DNA from: Tepidisphaera sp.
GTDB lineage: Bacteria; Planctomycetota; Phycisphaerae; Phycisphaerales; UBA1924
DNA: 64,000 nucleotides
Assembly (NCBI GenBank): GCA_050916045.1
Contig: CP051526.1
Coordinates: 2,496,001 to 2,560,000 of the forward strand
Direction: 5' to 3'
Part shown: positions 40,023 to 50,800 of the stretch, piece by piece
How the letters are laid out: the number at the start of each line of letters is the position of its first letter
Numbering within the stretch: position 1 is the stretch's first letter
The notes under the pieces: generated by a model
Seen by the model: only the letters and a program-made list of their open reading frames with translations
Told to the model about the DNA's origin: nothing
Database searches by the model: none
Made by a program: the position numbers and the translations under genes

Positions 40023-40499
40023 GTGATGAAGTTGACGGAGATTGTCCCCAAGGGAGCGGTGGTCGCCCCGCTTGAGTCGCAGGACCGCGACGGCGCGATC
40101 AACGAGCTCATCAGCGCCCTGATCGCGTCGGGGGCGTGCGATGAATCGATGCGCGAGCCGATCCGCGGGCGCGTGCTCGAGCGGGAACGCAAGCTCTCCA
40201 CCGGCTTTGGCCGCGGCGTCGCTGTCCCGCACGCCAAGCACCCCGCGACCCAGCAGGTCTCGGCCGCGATCGGGGTCAGCCAGCGGGGCATCGACTTTGC
40301 TTCCCCGGACAAGCAGCCCGTGTACATCGTGGTCCTGCTGCTTTCCCCCGAGGAACGCCCCGAAGACCATCTGCGAGCGATGGAAGCGGTGTTCAAACAC
40401 CTGTCCAAGGACAGCTTCCGCCGCCTGCTCCGCCAAGCCCAATCGCCGGCGGAGGTCTGGGAAGTTCTTGTCTCCGCCGACGGTCAATCGCTGGTCTGA
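40023..40499 (+). CDS. ptsN: PTS EIIA (Ntr/Fru-type)
   Basis: RE..LSTGFGRGVAVPHAK, GIDFASPDKQPV. Confidence 0.88.
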   Translation: MMKLTEIVPKGAVVAPLESQDRDGAINELISALIASGACDESMREPIRGRVLERERKLSTGFGRGVAVPHAKHPATQQVSAAIGVSQRGIDFASPDKQPVYIVVLLLSPEERPEDHLRAMEAVFKHLSKDSFRRLLRQAQSPAEVWEVLVSADGQSLV

Positions 40500-40595
40500 C
40501 CGATCCCCGTCCGCCGAATCGCCGATGTCTTTCCGCTCATCCACCTTCCGCTGATCCCCGCCCGGTTGTCGTTTCGTTCAGAAGGAAAAACGTTC

Positions 40596-40871
40596 GTGTC
40601 CAACGTCTGTGAGGTCAAAGCCATCGTCGTGAACAAGCTCGGGCTCCACGCCCGGCCCGCGATGGTCTTCGTCGATCTCGCCGGAACGTTCAAAAGCGAG
40701 ATCAAGGTCCGCAAGGACGACAACGAGGTTGACGGCAAGTCGATCATGATGATGATGATGCTCGCCGCCGCCAAGGGGTCCGAGCTGATCGTGATCGCCG
40801 AAGGTCCGGACGCGGAAGCGGCCGCCGCAGCTCTCAAGAAGCTCATCGACTCGGGCTTTGACGAGGACTGA
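40596..40871 (+). CDS. ptsH: Phosphocarrier protein HPr
   Basis: NKLGLHARPA (His15), VDGKSIM (Ser46). Confidence 0.93.
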   Translation: MSNVCEVKAIVVNKLGLHARPAMVFVDLAGTFKSEIKVRKDDNEVDGKSIMMMMMLAAAKGSELIVIAEGPDAEAAAAALKKLIDSGFDED

Positions 40872-41102
40872 CGCAAAACCGCCAAGCCGCGCCCAAATGA
40901 GAACGAGGGCGATCCACCACGGACCGCCCCCGGGACATGACTCTTTCGCCGTCGCGCGTGCGAACACCTTCCGCCGCGAACCTGGGATTGTTCCACGGAT
41001 CCAACGAGAAACACGCCGAATTGATGCCCGAAGAGCGAGATAACGGCGAGTTCGGACGTTGAATTCGGCGGCCAGATGTTCCTGCGGTCCGAGAAGTGAC
41101 AC

Positions 41103-41513
41103 CTAACCCGTGACCCGGCTGGCCAGGGCAAGGCGATCTTCCGGTGACAAGACGCGCTCGGTGACGAGTCGATCGAGGAGGTCGTTCACCGCAGAGAGCA
41201 CCTCAGATCGCATTCCCTTCAGTTCGGCGTCGGTCACCGAAGGTCTCATCGGCCTTTCGGAGGTCGGCGAGGTCTCCCAACCCGCGGGGTTGTTGACGGC
41301 GTGCCCGCCGTGCTCGCGATCATGTTCGATTTGAGCGGTGCGCATGCGGTAGAAGCGGTGGTTGTACCCGTCGATCACCTCCAAAGCGTGACACGCTTCG
41401 CCGATCCAGAAGTCGATGTTCGCCGCATGTCCCGCGAGTTGATGACGTGGAAGACCGCGTGTGTGCTTGAGCACGTGCACCAGCGATGACACGATGTCGG
41501 AGATGTAGGACAC
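41103..41513 (-). CDS. Hypothetical protein
   Basis: AAGGAG RBS before GTG; HQLAGHAANIDFW...IDGYNHRF. Confidence 0.6.
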   Translation of the reverse strand: MSYISDIVSSLVHVLKHTRGLPRHQLAGHAANIDFWIGEACHALEVIDGYNHRFYRMRTAQIEHDREHGGHAVNNPAGWETSPTSERPMRPSVTDAELKGMRSEVLSAVNDLLDRLVTERVLSPEDRLALASRVTG

Positions 41514-41602
41514 GCAGACTCCTTCCTCATGGAAATCGTCACCTCAATGGTGCGCGACCTCGCACTCCGCTTGACCGCGCGAGGTCGGACACGGAGACGA
41601 TA

Positions 41603-41630
41603 GAAAGCAAAAGCCCCGCTTGCGCGGGGC
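41603..41630 (-). terminator. Terminator after rplI
   Basis: Minus strand GCCCCGC-GCAA-GCGGGGC followed by TTTTGCTTTCT. Confidence 0.75.
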
Positions 41631-41662
41631 CTTTGTGTGAGATTGAGTTCCCAACCAGAGCT

Positions 41663-42409
41663 TTAGCGGCGTTCGCGGCGGGGGCGGGCCTGGGGGATGA
41701 GGTTCTTGGCGGAGTCGTCGATGGGCTTGCCCCAGACGCTCTTCTTGCCGTCGGGGGTCGTCTCGGCGGCGCCTTCCTTCTTCTCGGGCTTGGCGGAGCC
41801 TTCGGGGCGCTCCTTCTTGACCTTGGGCTTCTTCTCGGCGGGCTTGGCTTCGGCCGTGGCTTCGGCGCCTTCGGCGGGGGCGGCGCCCTCGGCGGCTTCC
41901 GGAGCCTTCTCGACGTCCTTCTTCTCGGCGTCCTGGCGCTCGAGGTCGAGCTTGCGGTCGGCCTGGACGGTGAGCTTGACGGTCGAGATGAGGTCGGAGT
42001 CGAGCTTGACCTGGACCTCGTACTTGTCGACGCGCTTCATGACCTGGGAGATACGGACGTCACGCGGCTTGACGGCGTGGCCCAGAGCGTTGAGGGCGGT
42101 CGCGATGTCCTGCTGGGTGATGGAGCCGTAGAGGACGCCCTGGTCGTTGGTGGAACGGATGAGGGTGATCTCGACGCCCTGGAGCTTACCGGAGAGCTCC
42201 TCGCGCTGGCGGCGGAGTTCGGCGAGTTCCTTCTCGGCGACGGCGCGCTTCGCGGCGAGGGCTTTGATCTTCTCTTCGCTGGGCTTGGTGGCGAGATCGC
42301 GGGGGAGGAGGAAGTTTCGGGCGTACCCGGTGCGGACGGTGACGACGTCACCGACGATACCGAGGGCTTCGACGTTTTCGGTGAGCAGGAGCTTGAGCGA
42401 TTTCGACAT
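41663..42409 (-). CDS. rplI: 50S ribosomal protein L9 with long C-terminal extension
   Basis: LGIVGDVVTVRTGYARNFLLP, LYGSIT. Confidence 0.96.
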   Translation of the reverse strand: MSKSLKLLLTENVEALGIVGDVVTVRTGYARNFLLPRDLATKPSEEKIKALAAKRAVAEKELAELRRQREELSGKLQGVEITLIRSTNDQGVLYGSITQQDIATALNALGHAVKPRDVRISQVMKRVDKYEVQVKLDSDLISTVKLTVQADRKLDLERQDAEKKDVEKAPEAAEGAAPAEGAEATAEAKPAEKKPKVKKERPEGSAKPEKKEGAAETTPDGKKSVWGKPIDDSAKNLIPQARPRRERR

Positions 42410-42538
42410 GGTGCTGTCCTTCAGGCTTATGCCGCGAAAGCCCGCGGCGTGCTGGAAGTTAGGGGCCGGGACACACGCCCGAACCTCAACGACCTCAGAG
42501 AGGGAACAAACGACACGGGCGGTATGCCCGTGCGTGAA

Positions 42539-43042
42539 TCAGAACGGGATGTCCTCTTCGCCCATCGGAGCGTGGCTTTGGCCACCGCCGCCGGACTGAG
42601 GAGCTTGACGCTGCGGCGCGGGCCGGCTGCCGCCGCCCCCACCACCGCCGCCGTACGACTGGCGGGGAGCGGACTGGTAGTCATCGCCACCGCTTCCGCC
42701 GCCGCCACCGGGCTTGCTATCGATGAACTGGAACTCTTCAACGACGACCCGCATCTTGGAACGCTTGCCGCCATCCTTGTCTTCCCACTGGTCGAGTTTG
42801 AGGCGACCTTCGATGTAGACAGGGCGGCCCTTGGAGAGGTACTTGGCCATGGTCTCGGCGGTCTTGCCCCACGCTTCGCAGTCGACGAACGTGGTCTCTT
42901 CGCGCTGCTCACCGTCGGGGGTTCGCCAGCGGCGGTTGATGGCCAGGCCGATGTTTCCAACGGTCTGGTTGCTCGGCGTGGTTTTGATCTCCACGTCGCG
43001 GGTGAGATTTCCCATCAGCATCACTTTGTTGAGATTCGGCAT
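42539..43042 (-). CDS. ssb: Single-stranded DNA-binding protein
   Basis: LNKVMLMGNLTRD, YLSKG..VYIEGRL, C-terminal EEDIPF. Confidence 0.97.
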   Translation of the reverse strand: MPNLNKVMLMGNLTRDVEIKTTPSNQTVGNIGLAINRRWRTPDGEQREETTFVDCEAWGKTAETMAKYLSKGRPVYIEGRLKLDQWEDKDGGKRSKMRVVVEEFQFIDSKPGGGGGSGGDDYQSAPRQSYGGGGGGGGSRPAPQRQAPQSGGGGQSHAPMGEEDIPF

Positions 43043-43117
43043 GGCGGCTCCTTGGTGGGGAAGCGTTCGAGGAACGAGCGTCTGGTTCAAACGACTGATG
43101 CGAACGAAAGGTCGGAA

Positions 43118-43558
43118 TCACTGAGCGGCGTCGGCGGCCGGCGCGGCGGGCTGGCCCTCGGGGGCCGCGGTGGCGCGCTCGGCGCGGAGCTTGGCTTCAA
43201 CCTCGAGCTCCTTGCGGCCGTCGGAAGCCTGCATCTCCTCCATGGTGAGGTGGTCGGCGCGGAGGATGAGCGAGCGGAGGATCTTTTCCGAGAGGCGAAG
43301 GTCGCGCTCGATGTGGCCGAGGCTCTCGTTGGGGGCTTTGAAGTAGGCGAGGATGTAGACGCCGCGCTTGTTGCCCTTGATCTCGTAGGCGAGGCGGCGT
43401 TCATCCCACTTCTTCATGGCGATGAGCTCGGCGTGGCCGCGGTGGAGGATTTCGTTGAGGTGGGCGATGGCACCGGCGAAGTCGGCGGCCTGGGCCGTGC
43501 TCAGGAGGAACATGGCTTCGTAATTGCTGAAACGCTTCTCGACGGACAAAATGCTCAT
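43118..43558 (-). CDS. rpsF: 30S ribosomal protein S6
   Basis: NYEAMFL, WDERRLAYEIK, ILRSLILR. Confidence 0.94.
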   Translation of the reverse strand: MSILSVEKRFSNYEAMFLLSTAQAADFAGAIAHLNEILHRGHAELIAMKKWDERRLAYEIKGNKRGVYILAYFKAPNESLGHIERDLRLSEKILRSLILRADHLTMEEMQASDGRKELEVEAKLRAERATAAPEGQPAAPAADAAQ

Positions 43559-44244
43559 GGTGCTTTTCCTTCTGCTTCCCCTTGCCGGGGAGAACTGACA
43601 CTTTGGTTGACTTTGGGGGAACCGCTTGCCGCGGGCGACGAGCCCTCGGGGCGGGGTTTCTTCTCTTTGGGCTTGTCCGCGGCGTTGAACCTGTTCATCG
43701 CCGCGTCCAGGCCCCGTGACGCGAACTCGGCCGCGGCTCCGGAGGCGGCATCGGCGGCGGCGCCGATAACGGCCCATTCATCCTCGCGGAAGCGGCTGAG
43801 CACCCAGTCGGCCTGGTCCATGACGGGGGGCTTGGCACCCACACCGATACGGAGCCTGGGGTACGACTCGGTGCCGAGCTTGGCCTGCACGTCCGTGAGG
43901 CCGTTGTGGCCTCCGGCCCCGCCGCCGGGCTTGAGGCGGATGACGCCGACATCGAGGTAGATGTCGTCGACAACGACGAGGAGGTCCGTCGCGGGGTTGA
44001 GCTTGTAGAACCGCACGGCTTCGCTGACGGCGGAGCCGGAACGGTTCATGAACGTCGTGGGCTTCATCAGCAGGCATTTCTCCTGGCCGATGGTGGCGTC
44101 GACGCACTCGCTGTGGAAGTTCGCCTTCCGAATGGCGGAAGGGGCGTGGGCTTTGGCAAGACGATCGACCACCATGAAGCCCGCGTTGTGGCGCGTCTTC
44201 TCGTACTGGGAGCCGGGGTTGCCGAGGCCGACGATCAGCTTCAT
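43555..44244 (-). CDS. pth: Peptidyl-tRNA hydrolase
   Basis: LIVGLGNPG..YEKTRHNAGF, KPTTFMNRSG, GGHNGL, RLRIGVG. Confidence 0.97.
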   Translation of the reverse strand: MKLIVGLGNPGSQYEKTRHNAGFMVVDRLAKAHAPSAIRKANFHSECVDATIGQEKCLLMKPTTFMNRSGSAVSEAVRFYKLNPATDLLVVVDDIYLDVGVIRLKPGGGAGGHNGLTDVQAKLGTESYPRLRIGVGAKPPVMDQADWVLSRFREDEWAVIGAAADAASGAAAEFASRGLDAAMNRFNAADKPKEKKPRPEGSSPAASGSPKVNQSVSSPRQGEAEGKAP

Positions 44245-44324
44245 GGCGAAAAGCTCGAACACTGCGGACGGGAAACGGTCCGGGCGGCGAGGTTGCCGCC
44301 CGGACCCGGGAACCGAGGGGGGAA

Positions 44325-45107
44325 TTACTTCTTGGGAGCGGCGGGCTTGGCGGCCGCACCAGCCGCAGGCTTGGCACCAGCGGCGGGCTTGGCACCGGCC
44401 GCGCCGGCGGCAGGCTTGGCGCCGGCCGCGGGCTTGGCACCGGCGGCTTCGCCATCGGCGGGCTTCTTGGCGGTGAGGACTTCGGGCTCGGCAGCGCCGG
44501 CGGCGGCAGCCGTGGCTTCGCCGACCTTCTCCTCGGCCTGGATGACGATCTGAGCGACGATGGCGTGCTTGTCGGTGATCATCTTCATGTCGGCGAGGGG
44601 GAGCTTGACCTCGGCGGCGGTGATGGCGTGACCGACGTCGAGCTGGGCGATGCCGACCTCGACGAACTCGGGGATGTCCTTCACGGCGCACTCGATCTCG
44701 ACTTCGTTGGTCGGGTGCATGAGGATGGCGCCGGCCTGCTTGAGACCGACGGCTTCGCCGGTGAGGTGGATGGTGACGAGCGTGCGGACGCGCTCGTTGA
44801 GATCGACTCGGGCGAAGTCGACGTGGACGATGTTGGTGCCGAGGTAGTCGTACTGGAGGTCCTTGAGGAGGACCATCTGGAGCTCACCCTTCTGGCCGCT
44901 GCCGGGGAAGTCCAGGCGGAAGACCTTCTCGCCCTTCTTGAAGTGGGTGACCGCTTCCTTGTTGTCAAGGGTGATGGGGCTGGGAGCGATCTTGTGGCCG
45001 TAGACGATCGCGGGGAGCTTGCCCTGCTTGCGGATGCGCTGGGAGCGGCGGCTGCCCATGTCTTGGCGGATGGTGGCGGTCAGAACGGGGGCTTTCTCGT
45101 GCATCAT
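44325..45107 (-). CDS. rplY: 50S ribosomal protein L25 (CTC type) with AKPAAG-repeat tail
   Basis: GKLPAIVYGH, IVHVDF, GEAVGLKQAG. Confidence 0.95.
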   Translation of the reverse strand: MMHEKAPVLTATIRQDMGSRRSQRIRKQGKLPAIVYGHKIAPSPITLDNKEAVTHFKKGEKVFRLDFPGSGQKGELQMVLLKDLQYDYLGTNIVHVDFARVDLNERVRTLVTIHLTGEAVGLKQAGAILMHPTNEVEIECAVKDIPEFVEVGIAQLDVGHAITAAEVKLPLADMKMITDKHAIVAQIVIQAEEKVGEATAAAAGAAEPEVLTAKKPADGEAAGAKPAAGAKPAAGAAGAKPAAGAKPAAGAAAKPAAPKK

Positions 45108-45180
45108 TCACCTCTCGTGCCGCTTGCTTTCGTTCGCGGCGGTTGTTGACGTTGCTTCCTGTGACTCTGATCTCTGACGA

Positions 45181-46926
45181 CTAACGCTTGGTTCCCGCGG
45201 TCTTGTGGAAGAGCGCGGAGATGGACTCGTTCAAGTGGATGCGGCGGATCGCTTCGCCCAGCAGCGGGCCGACGCAGAGCTCGACGATCTTGTCCTTGAT
45301 GGGACCGACGCGATCGTTGAGCGGGATGGTGTTGGTGACGACAAGCCGCGTGATGGGGCTCGCGGAGATGCGTTCCATCGCGGGGGGGACGAGGACGGCG
45401 TGCGTCGCGGCGGCGATGACGTTCTTGGCGCCGCGGGCTTTGACGAGCTTGGCGGCTTCGCAGACGGTGCCGGCGGTTGAGATCATGTCGTCGAACATGA
45501 GGACGGTCTTGCCCTCGACGGTGCCGATGAGGTTGCCGGTGGTGACGTCGGACCCGCTGGTGCGGCGCTTGTTGATGATGGCGAGGTCAGCGCCAAGGAG
45601 GTTGGCGAAGCCCTCGGCGACCTTGACGTTGCCGACATCCGGGGAGACCAGGCAGAGGTCGCCGAGCTCCTTGCGGATGCTCATGAAGTAGTCGAAGAAG
45701 ACGGGCGTCGCCGAGAGGTGATCGACGGGAAGGTCGAAGAACCCCTGGATCTGAGCGGCGTGCAGGTCGACGGCCATGACGCGGTTGGCGCCGGCGGCGG
45801 TGACGAGGTTCGCGACGAGCTTGGCGGTGATCGGCACGCGGCCCTCGTCCTTGCGGTCCTGGCGGCCGTAGCCGAAGTACGGGATCACGACCGTGACGCG
45901 GTCGGCCGAGGCGCGACGCAGGCAGTCGATGAAGACGAGCAGTTCGACGAGGTTGTCGTTGACCGGGGCGCAGGTGGAGAGGACGACGAAGCAGTCGCGG
46001 CCGCGAACGTCCTCGTCGAGCTTGACGAGCACCTCGCCATCGGGGAAGACGTTGGTCTTGGCGACGCCCATGGGCATCATGAGGTGCGTGCAGATGCGGT
46101 CGGTGAGTTCGCGGCTGTTGCGGCCCGCGAAGATCTTCATGTCGTGCGTGTCGTATCCGCTTCCCGTCCAGTTCTCGGAGCGGCCGCGGTAGATGCGGTC
46201 GACCTTGGCGAGTTCCTCGGGGGTGTTGATGCTGAGGACATCCTCGGCGGGCACGGCTTCCACGACCTCGACGCGTTTGCCGTCGCGGAGGAGCAGGTCG
46301 GGCACGTCGGTGATGTAGTACTCGCCGCTGCCGGGGTTGCGTTCGACGCGCTTGAGCGTCTGGAACAGCGTCGGCGCGTCGAAGAGGTAGTAGCTCGGGT
46401 TGACCTCGCGGATCTTGCGCTGTTCGTCGGTCGCGTTCTTATGCTCGACGATGCAGCGGAAGCGGCCCGCGTCGTCGCGGACGATGCGGCCGTACCCCGT
46501 GGGGTCCTCGATGACGCTGGTGGCGAGCGAAGCCGACGCTTTCGCGTTGCGGTGGCGGCCGAGAAGCTCGCGGAGGGTCTTGGGCCGGATGAGCGGGCCA
46601 TCGCCAGCCAAGACGAAGACCTCACCCGTGACGCCCTTCATGACGTGCTCGGCGGACATGACCGCGTGGCCGGTGCCGAGCTGTTCTTCCTGGACCGCGA
46701 ACTCAACGCCGTAGCCGGCGAGGGCTTCGCGGACCTTTTCCTGCTGATAACCAACGACGACGACGATCTTCCCGCAGCCAGCGGCGCGGCAGGCGTCGAC
46801 GACCGAGCACACCATCGGCCGGCCGCCGATGGGGTGGACCACCTTCGGCAGGTCGGACTTCATCCGAGTCCCCTTGCCGGCGGCGAGGATGATCGCGGAT
46901 GGACGTTGTGGAGTGCTGTGGCTCAT
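45181..46926 (-). CDS. prs: Fusion of a GlmU-type nucleotidyltransferase domain and ribose-phosphate pyrophosphokinase
   Basis: N-half ILAAGKGTRMKSDLPKV, QLGTGHA, GYGRIVR, EYYITD; C-half FPDGE, PYFGYGRQDRK, DLHAAQIQGFF, DDMISTAGT; single open frame. Confidence 0.9.
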   Translation of the reverse strand: MSHSTPQRPSAIILAAGKGTRMKSDLPKVVHPIGGRPMVCSVVDACRAAGCGKIVVVVGYQQEKVREALAGYGVEFAVQEEQLGTGHAVMSAEHVMKGVTGEVFVLAGDGPLIRPKTLRELLGRHRNAKASASLATSVIEDPTGYGRIVRDDAGRFRCIVEHKNATDEQRKIREVNPSYYLFDAPTLFQTLKRVERNPGSGEYYITDVPDLLLRDGKRVEVVEAVPAEDVLSINTPEELAKVDRIYRGRSENWTGSGYDTHDMKIFAGRNSRELTDRICTHLMMPMGVAKTNVFPDGEVLVKLDEDVRGRDCFVVLSTCAPVNDNLVELLVFIDCLRRASADRVTVVIPYFGYGRQDRKDEGRVPITAKLVANLVTAAGANRVMAVDLHAAQIQGFFDLPVDHLSATPVFFDYFMSIRKELGDLCLVSPDVGNVKVAEGFANLLGADLAIINKRRTSGSDVTTGNLIGTVEGKTVLMFDDMISTAGTVCEAAKLVKARGAKNVIAAATHAVLVPPAMERISASPITRLVVTNTIPLNDRVGPIKDKIVELCVGPLLGEAIRRIHLNESISALFHKTAGTKR

Positions 46927-46983
46927 CGGTGGCAGACTTCACAAGGCGAGGAGGGGACAGGAGAACTGAGGACGACGGAACAA

Positions 46984-47054
46984 CTGGGCGACATGGATTC
47001 GAACCATGACAAGCAGTACCAAAAACTGCTGTGCTACCGTTACACCATCGCCCA
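46984..47054 (-). tRNA. tRNA-Gln(TTG)
   Basis: TGGGCGATGGTGTAACGGTAGCAC A GCAGT TT TTG GT ACTGC...GGTTCGAATCC. Confidence 0.95.
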
Positions 47055-47578
47055 AACGACAGCGGCCCAAACGACAGGCCTTCAGCGGGTTGTACGAGAG
47101 ATCCAAAGCGGAAGTGCTCTCGCTCAGCGTGCGGGCAGCTCTCGCCGACCGACGCGACACAGACCAGCGGCCCGTGTCAGCCTGAAGCAGTCTCAGGCGA
47201 GCGGTTCCGCGGCAGAGACCGGCTCGACCTCCCTGTCGGGAGTCGCCCGGTCCAGAACTGGACACGCCTGCAGCCGCGCTGAGCGTGCCCCAAACCGCGC
47301 CTCGGCGTCGTCCCTCGCGGGATTCAGCTTCCGTCACGGTCGGTTCCGAAGGACCGAAGCATAGACCGGATTCGGGGCGATCTCAAACCTCTCGGAGAGC
47401 ATCCCCGAACAGAGCCCGACGCCGCTGGTCGCTCCGATCCGCGACCGTCGTGAGTTCGCGCGGAGTGCCCGACGTCCACGCTCCAAGCACCGAAGCGGCA
47501 CGACTTTCGCGGGGATCCCACCTACCATCGCATCTTCGCCCGACCAAGGGGCGAACACTGTCCTGCATAGACGACATC

Positions 47579-47651
47579 GAGGGTGTAGCTCAGTCGGTAG
47601 AGCAACGGACTTTTAATCCGTTGGTCGTGGGTTCGAGTCCCACCGCCCTCA
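47579..47651 (+). tRNA. tRNA-Lys(TTT)
   Basis: GAGGGTGTAGCTCAGTCGGTAGAGC A ACGGA CT TTT AA TCCGT...GGTTCGAGTCC. Confidence 0.95.
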
Positions 47652-47864
47652 TTCTCAGGCCCGGCGCGCCCGCCCGTCCACGCGGGGACGCCGGTGTGTT
47701 CGGTGGGGCGGGCTCGAAACGTCGGGGGTGTGTGTCGGCGGGGGTTCGGGCGGGGGTTCGAGCAAGTGATCGGTGGGGATTCGGTCGGTACTGGGGTGGA
47801 CTAGCGGGTCCCGAAGGGACGCGGGAGGACGAATCTGTCGGATCAATCCCCGGCTCAATCATGG

Positions 47865-50800
47865 GTGATTCACGCGGTCTGGACCGAGGGCACTCTTTGC
47901 CTCTGGGCGGAGGATGCGCGGACCACATCACGAACCGCTCCGGCCGCGCCCGCGTCCGGGCGCATGCCGTCGCACCCCTTCGCGGTCCCTTCTGACCAAC
48001 TCGTTTCGCTCCTGCCGGCCGGCGTCGAGGGCGAGCCGGTGGTGGTGACGCTCGCGATCCCCGCGGTCGACGGGATCCCCGAACTCAGCCCCAACGCGCA
48101 GACGCTCACTGGAAACGCCGCTCCGGCCGCTGCTCCTGCATCCAAGTCCGGTCGTTCGCCCGTCGATGGCGATCCTCTCGATGACCTCGAGGTGCCGGTC
48201 GAGTCTTCCGACGAGCCGGTCGAAGAAGCCCTCCCGGAATTCGTCCCGCCCAAGATCGGACGCTTCGACGTTCCCGCGCTTCGCCTCGCGCCGGTGCAGG
48301 TCCCCACCGTTCTTGAGCATCTCGCGGATCTGGCCGACCGCGCCTCCGAAGGCAAAGCCGTCGCCCGGGTCGGCTCAAGCGTCGATTTCTACTCCGCCGT
48401 CACGAGAACGTCGCTCGCCCTGATCGCAGAGCAGCGCTTCGTGCCCGTCCTCCGACAGTCGATCGAGGGCGCCACCACCGCCGGATGGCAGCCCTGGCTT
48501 TCCGACGGGAAAGCCATCGAGCGCGTCTCCGCTCTCGTCGCCGCGATGCCGGGCGAAGCCCGCGCCGCCGTCGATCGCAACGGCCACCGGCCGTGGGCCA
48601 TCGTCGAAGACTGCATGTGCCGCCTGACCGACGCGTGGGCGCGTCGTGCGCTCATCTCCGAGTCGTTCTACGACGCCGTCGCCGAGAAGGACCCCGCGAA
48701 GGACCAGCCGGTCGCGATGCTCCGCGCGCTCCTCGCCGAACAGCAGGATGTTCCCGGCACGCCCGCTGTGCGTCAGGAGATGCTCCGCCGCGTCCGCCAA
48801 TGGTTGAGCGTGCTTGAAGAACGCGGCGCGAGCAGCCTTTGGCGTCTGCTTTTCCGCGTCTCCGAGCCGATCTTCAAAAGCAGCACGGATGAGGATTCCG
48901 CTCCTTGGAGCTTGAGCTTCCACCTCCAGTCGCAGGACGTCTCGACGCTGATCGTCGACGCCGCGGACGTGTGGGGCTTGCCCGGAGACTCGCTGACCGT
49001 CATGGGTCGCCGGATCGATCAGCCGCAGGACCTCATCCTCGGCGAGCTCGGCCGCGCCAGCCGCATCTACAAGCGTCTTGAGAAAGCCCTCGACGAGTCC
49101 GAACCCGTCGACCTCAACCTCAACACCAAGCAGGCCTACGAGTTCCTCCGCGAAGTCGCTCCGCTCCTCAAGGAGCAGGGCTTCGGCATCCAAAGCCCGG
49201 ACTGGTGGGATTCACCTCTCACGCGCCTTGGAGCACGTCTGCGCGTCGAGAGCGACGAAGCTCCGCCCGCTTTCGGCGGCCCCGCGGGCGGCTCGGGCGC
49301 TCGCCCGGCCCAGATCGGCCTTGGTGCGCTCGTCAAGTACCGGTGGGAGATCGCGCTGGGCGAAACCACGCTCACGCTGGAAGAGTTCGAGCACCTCGCG
49401 AAGAAGAACAGCCCGCTTGTCCGCGTCAACGGCCGCTGGGTCGAGATCCGGCCCGAGGACGTGCAAGCCGCGATCAAGTTCATGCGCGAGAACCAGTCGG
49501 GCGAGATGTCCGTCGGCGATGCACTCCGCGTCGCATACGGCACCGACCTCCGCGACACCGGCATCCCCATCGTCGGCTTGGAAGCGACCGGCTGGGTCTC
49601 GTCGCTGATGAACGCGGAAGCGGCGCACAAGCACCTGACGAACGTCGAGCCGCCCAAGAGCTTCCACGGAACGCTTCGCCCCTACCAGCTCAAGGGCCTT
49701 TCCTGGCTTGTCTTCCTTGAGCGCATGGGTCTTTCGATGTGTCTGGCCGACGACATGGGCCTGGGCAAAACGATCCAGCTGCTCGCACTTCTCGCGATGG
49801 AGCGAGAAGCCCCGCCGGACGCGCCGCCCGAGGTTGTCGCCGCCGCCGCTTCGGTCAAGCCGACGCTCCTGATCGTCCCGATGTCGGTCGTCGGCAACTG
49901 GATGCACGAGACCAAGCGGTTCTGCCCACACCTCCGCGTGCTGGTTCACCACGGGCCGGAGCGCAAGCTCGGCGATGTCTTCCGGCAGGCCGTGGCCGAA
50001 TCCGACCTCATCATCACCACCTACACGCTGGCCCACCGCGACCGCGAGATGTTCCAGTCGATCGAGTGGGGCCGCATCGTCCTGGACGAAGCCCAGTACA
50101 TCAAGAACGCCGTCGCCAAGCAGTCGCAAGCCGTCCGCGGCATCCCCGCCCAGCGGCGCGTCGCGCTCACCGGCACGCCCGTCGAGAACCGGCTCAGCGA
50201 GCTCTGGTCGATCCTGGACTTCCTCAACCCCGGATACCTCGGCACCGCGCACGGATTCCGCACGCGGTTCTCGATCCCCATCGAACGCTACCGCGACAAA
50301 TCCAAAGCCGATCAGCTCCGCGGCTTGATCCGTCCGTTCATCCTGCGCCGCCTCAAGAGCGATCCCACGGTCGTCGCGGACCTGCCGGCGAAGGTCGAGA
50401 CGCGCGAGTTCGCGCCGCTCACGTCCGAACAGGCCGAACTTTACGAGACGTGCGTCCGCCGCATGCTCGCCGAGGTCGAGAACGCCGAGGGCATCCAGCG
50501 CCGCGGCATGGTCCTCTCGGGCCTCATCCGTCTCAAGCAGATCTGCAACCACCCCAGCCAGCTCCTCAAGGACTGGACACCGGACACGGGCCGTCCGCCG
50601 GCTCCGGGCCGGAGCGGCAAGTGCATCCGCCTGCTCGAGATGATGGAAGAGATCGTGGGCGAGGGGGACTGCTCGCTGATCTTCACGCAGTTCCGGCAGA
50701 TGGGCACGATCCTTCAATCGATGCTCTCGCACCACCTCGGCCGCAACGTGCTTTTCCTTCACGGCGGCACGCCGCAGCTTCAGCGCGTCAAGATGGTCGA

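Noticed and set aside
40746..40760. ATG x5 run in ptsH as a phase-variable repeat
   Set aside because: In-frame trinucleotide run in the hydrophobic helix after Ser46; HPr length is normal
42410..43558. Missing rpsR between ssb and rplI
   Set aside because: No remnant is visible, and to my knowledge relocation of rpsR is usual in this phylum
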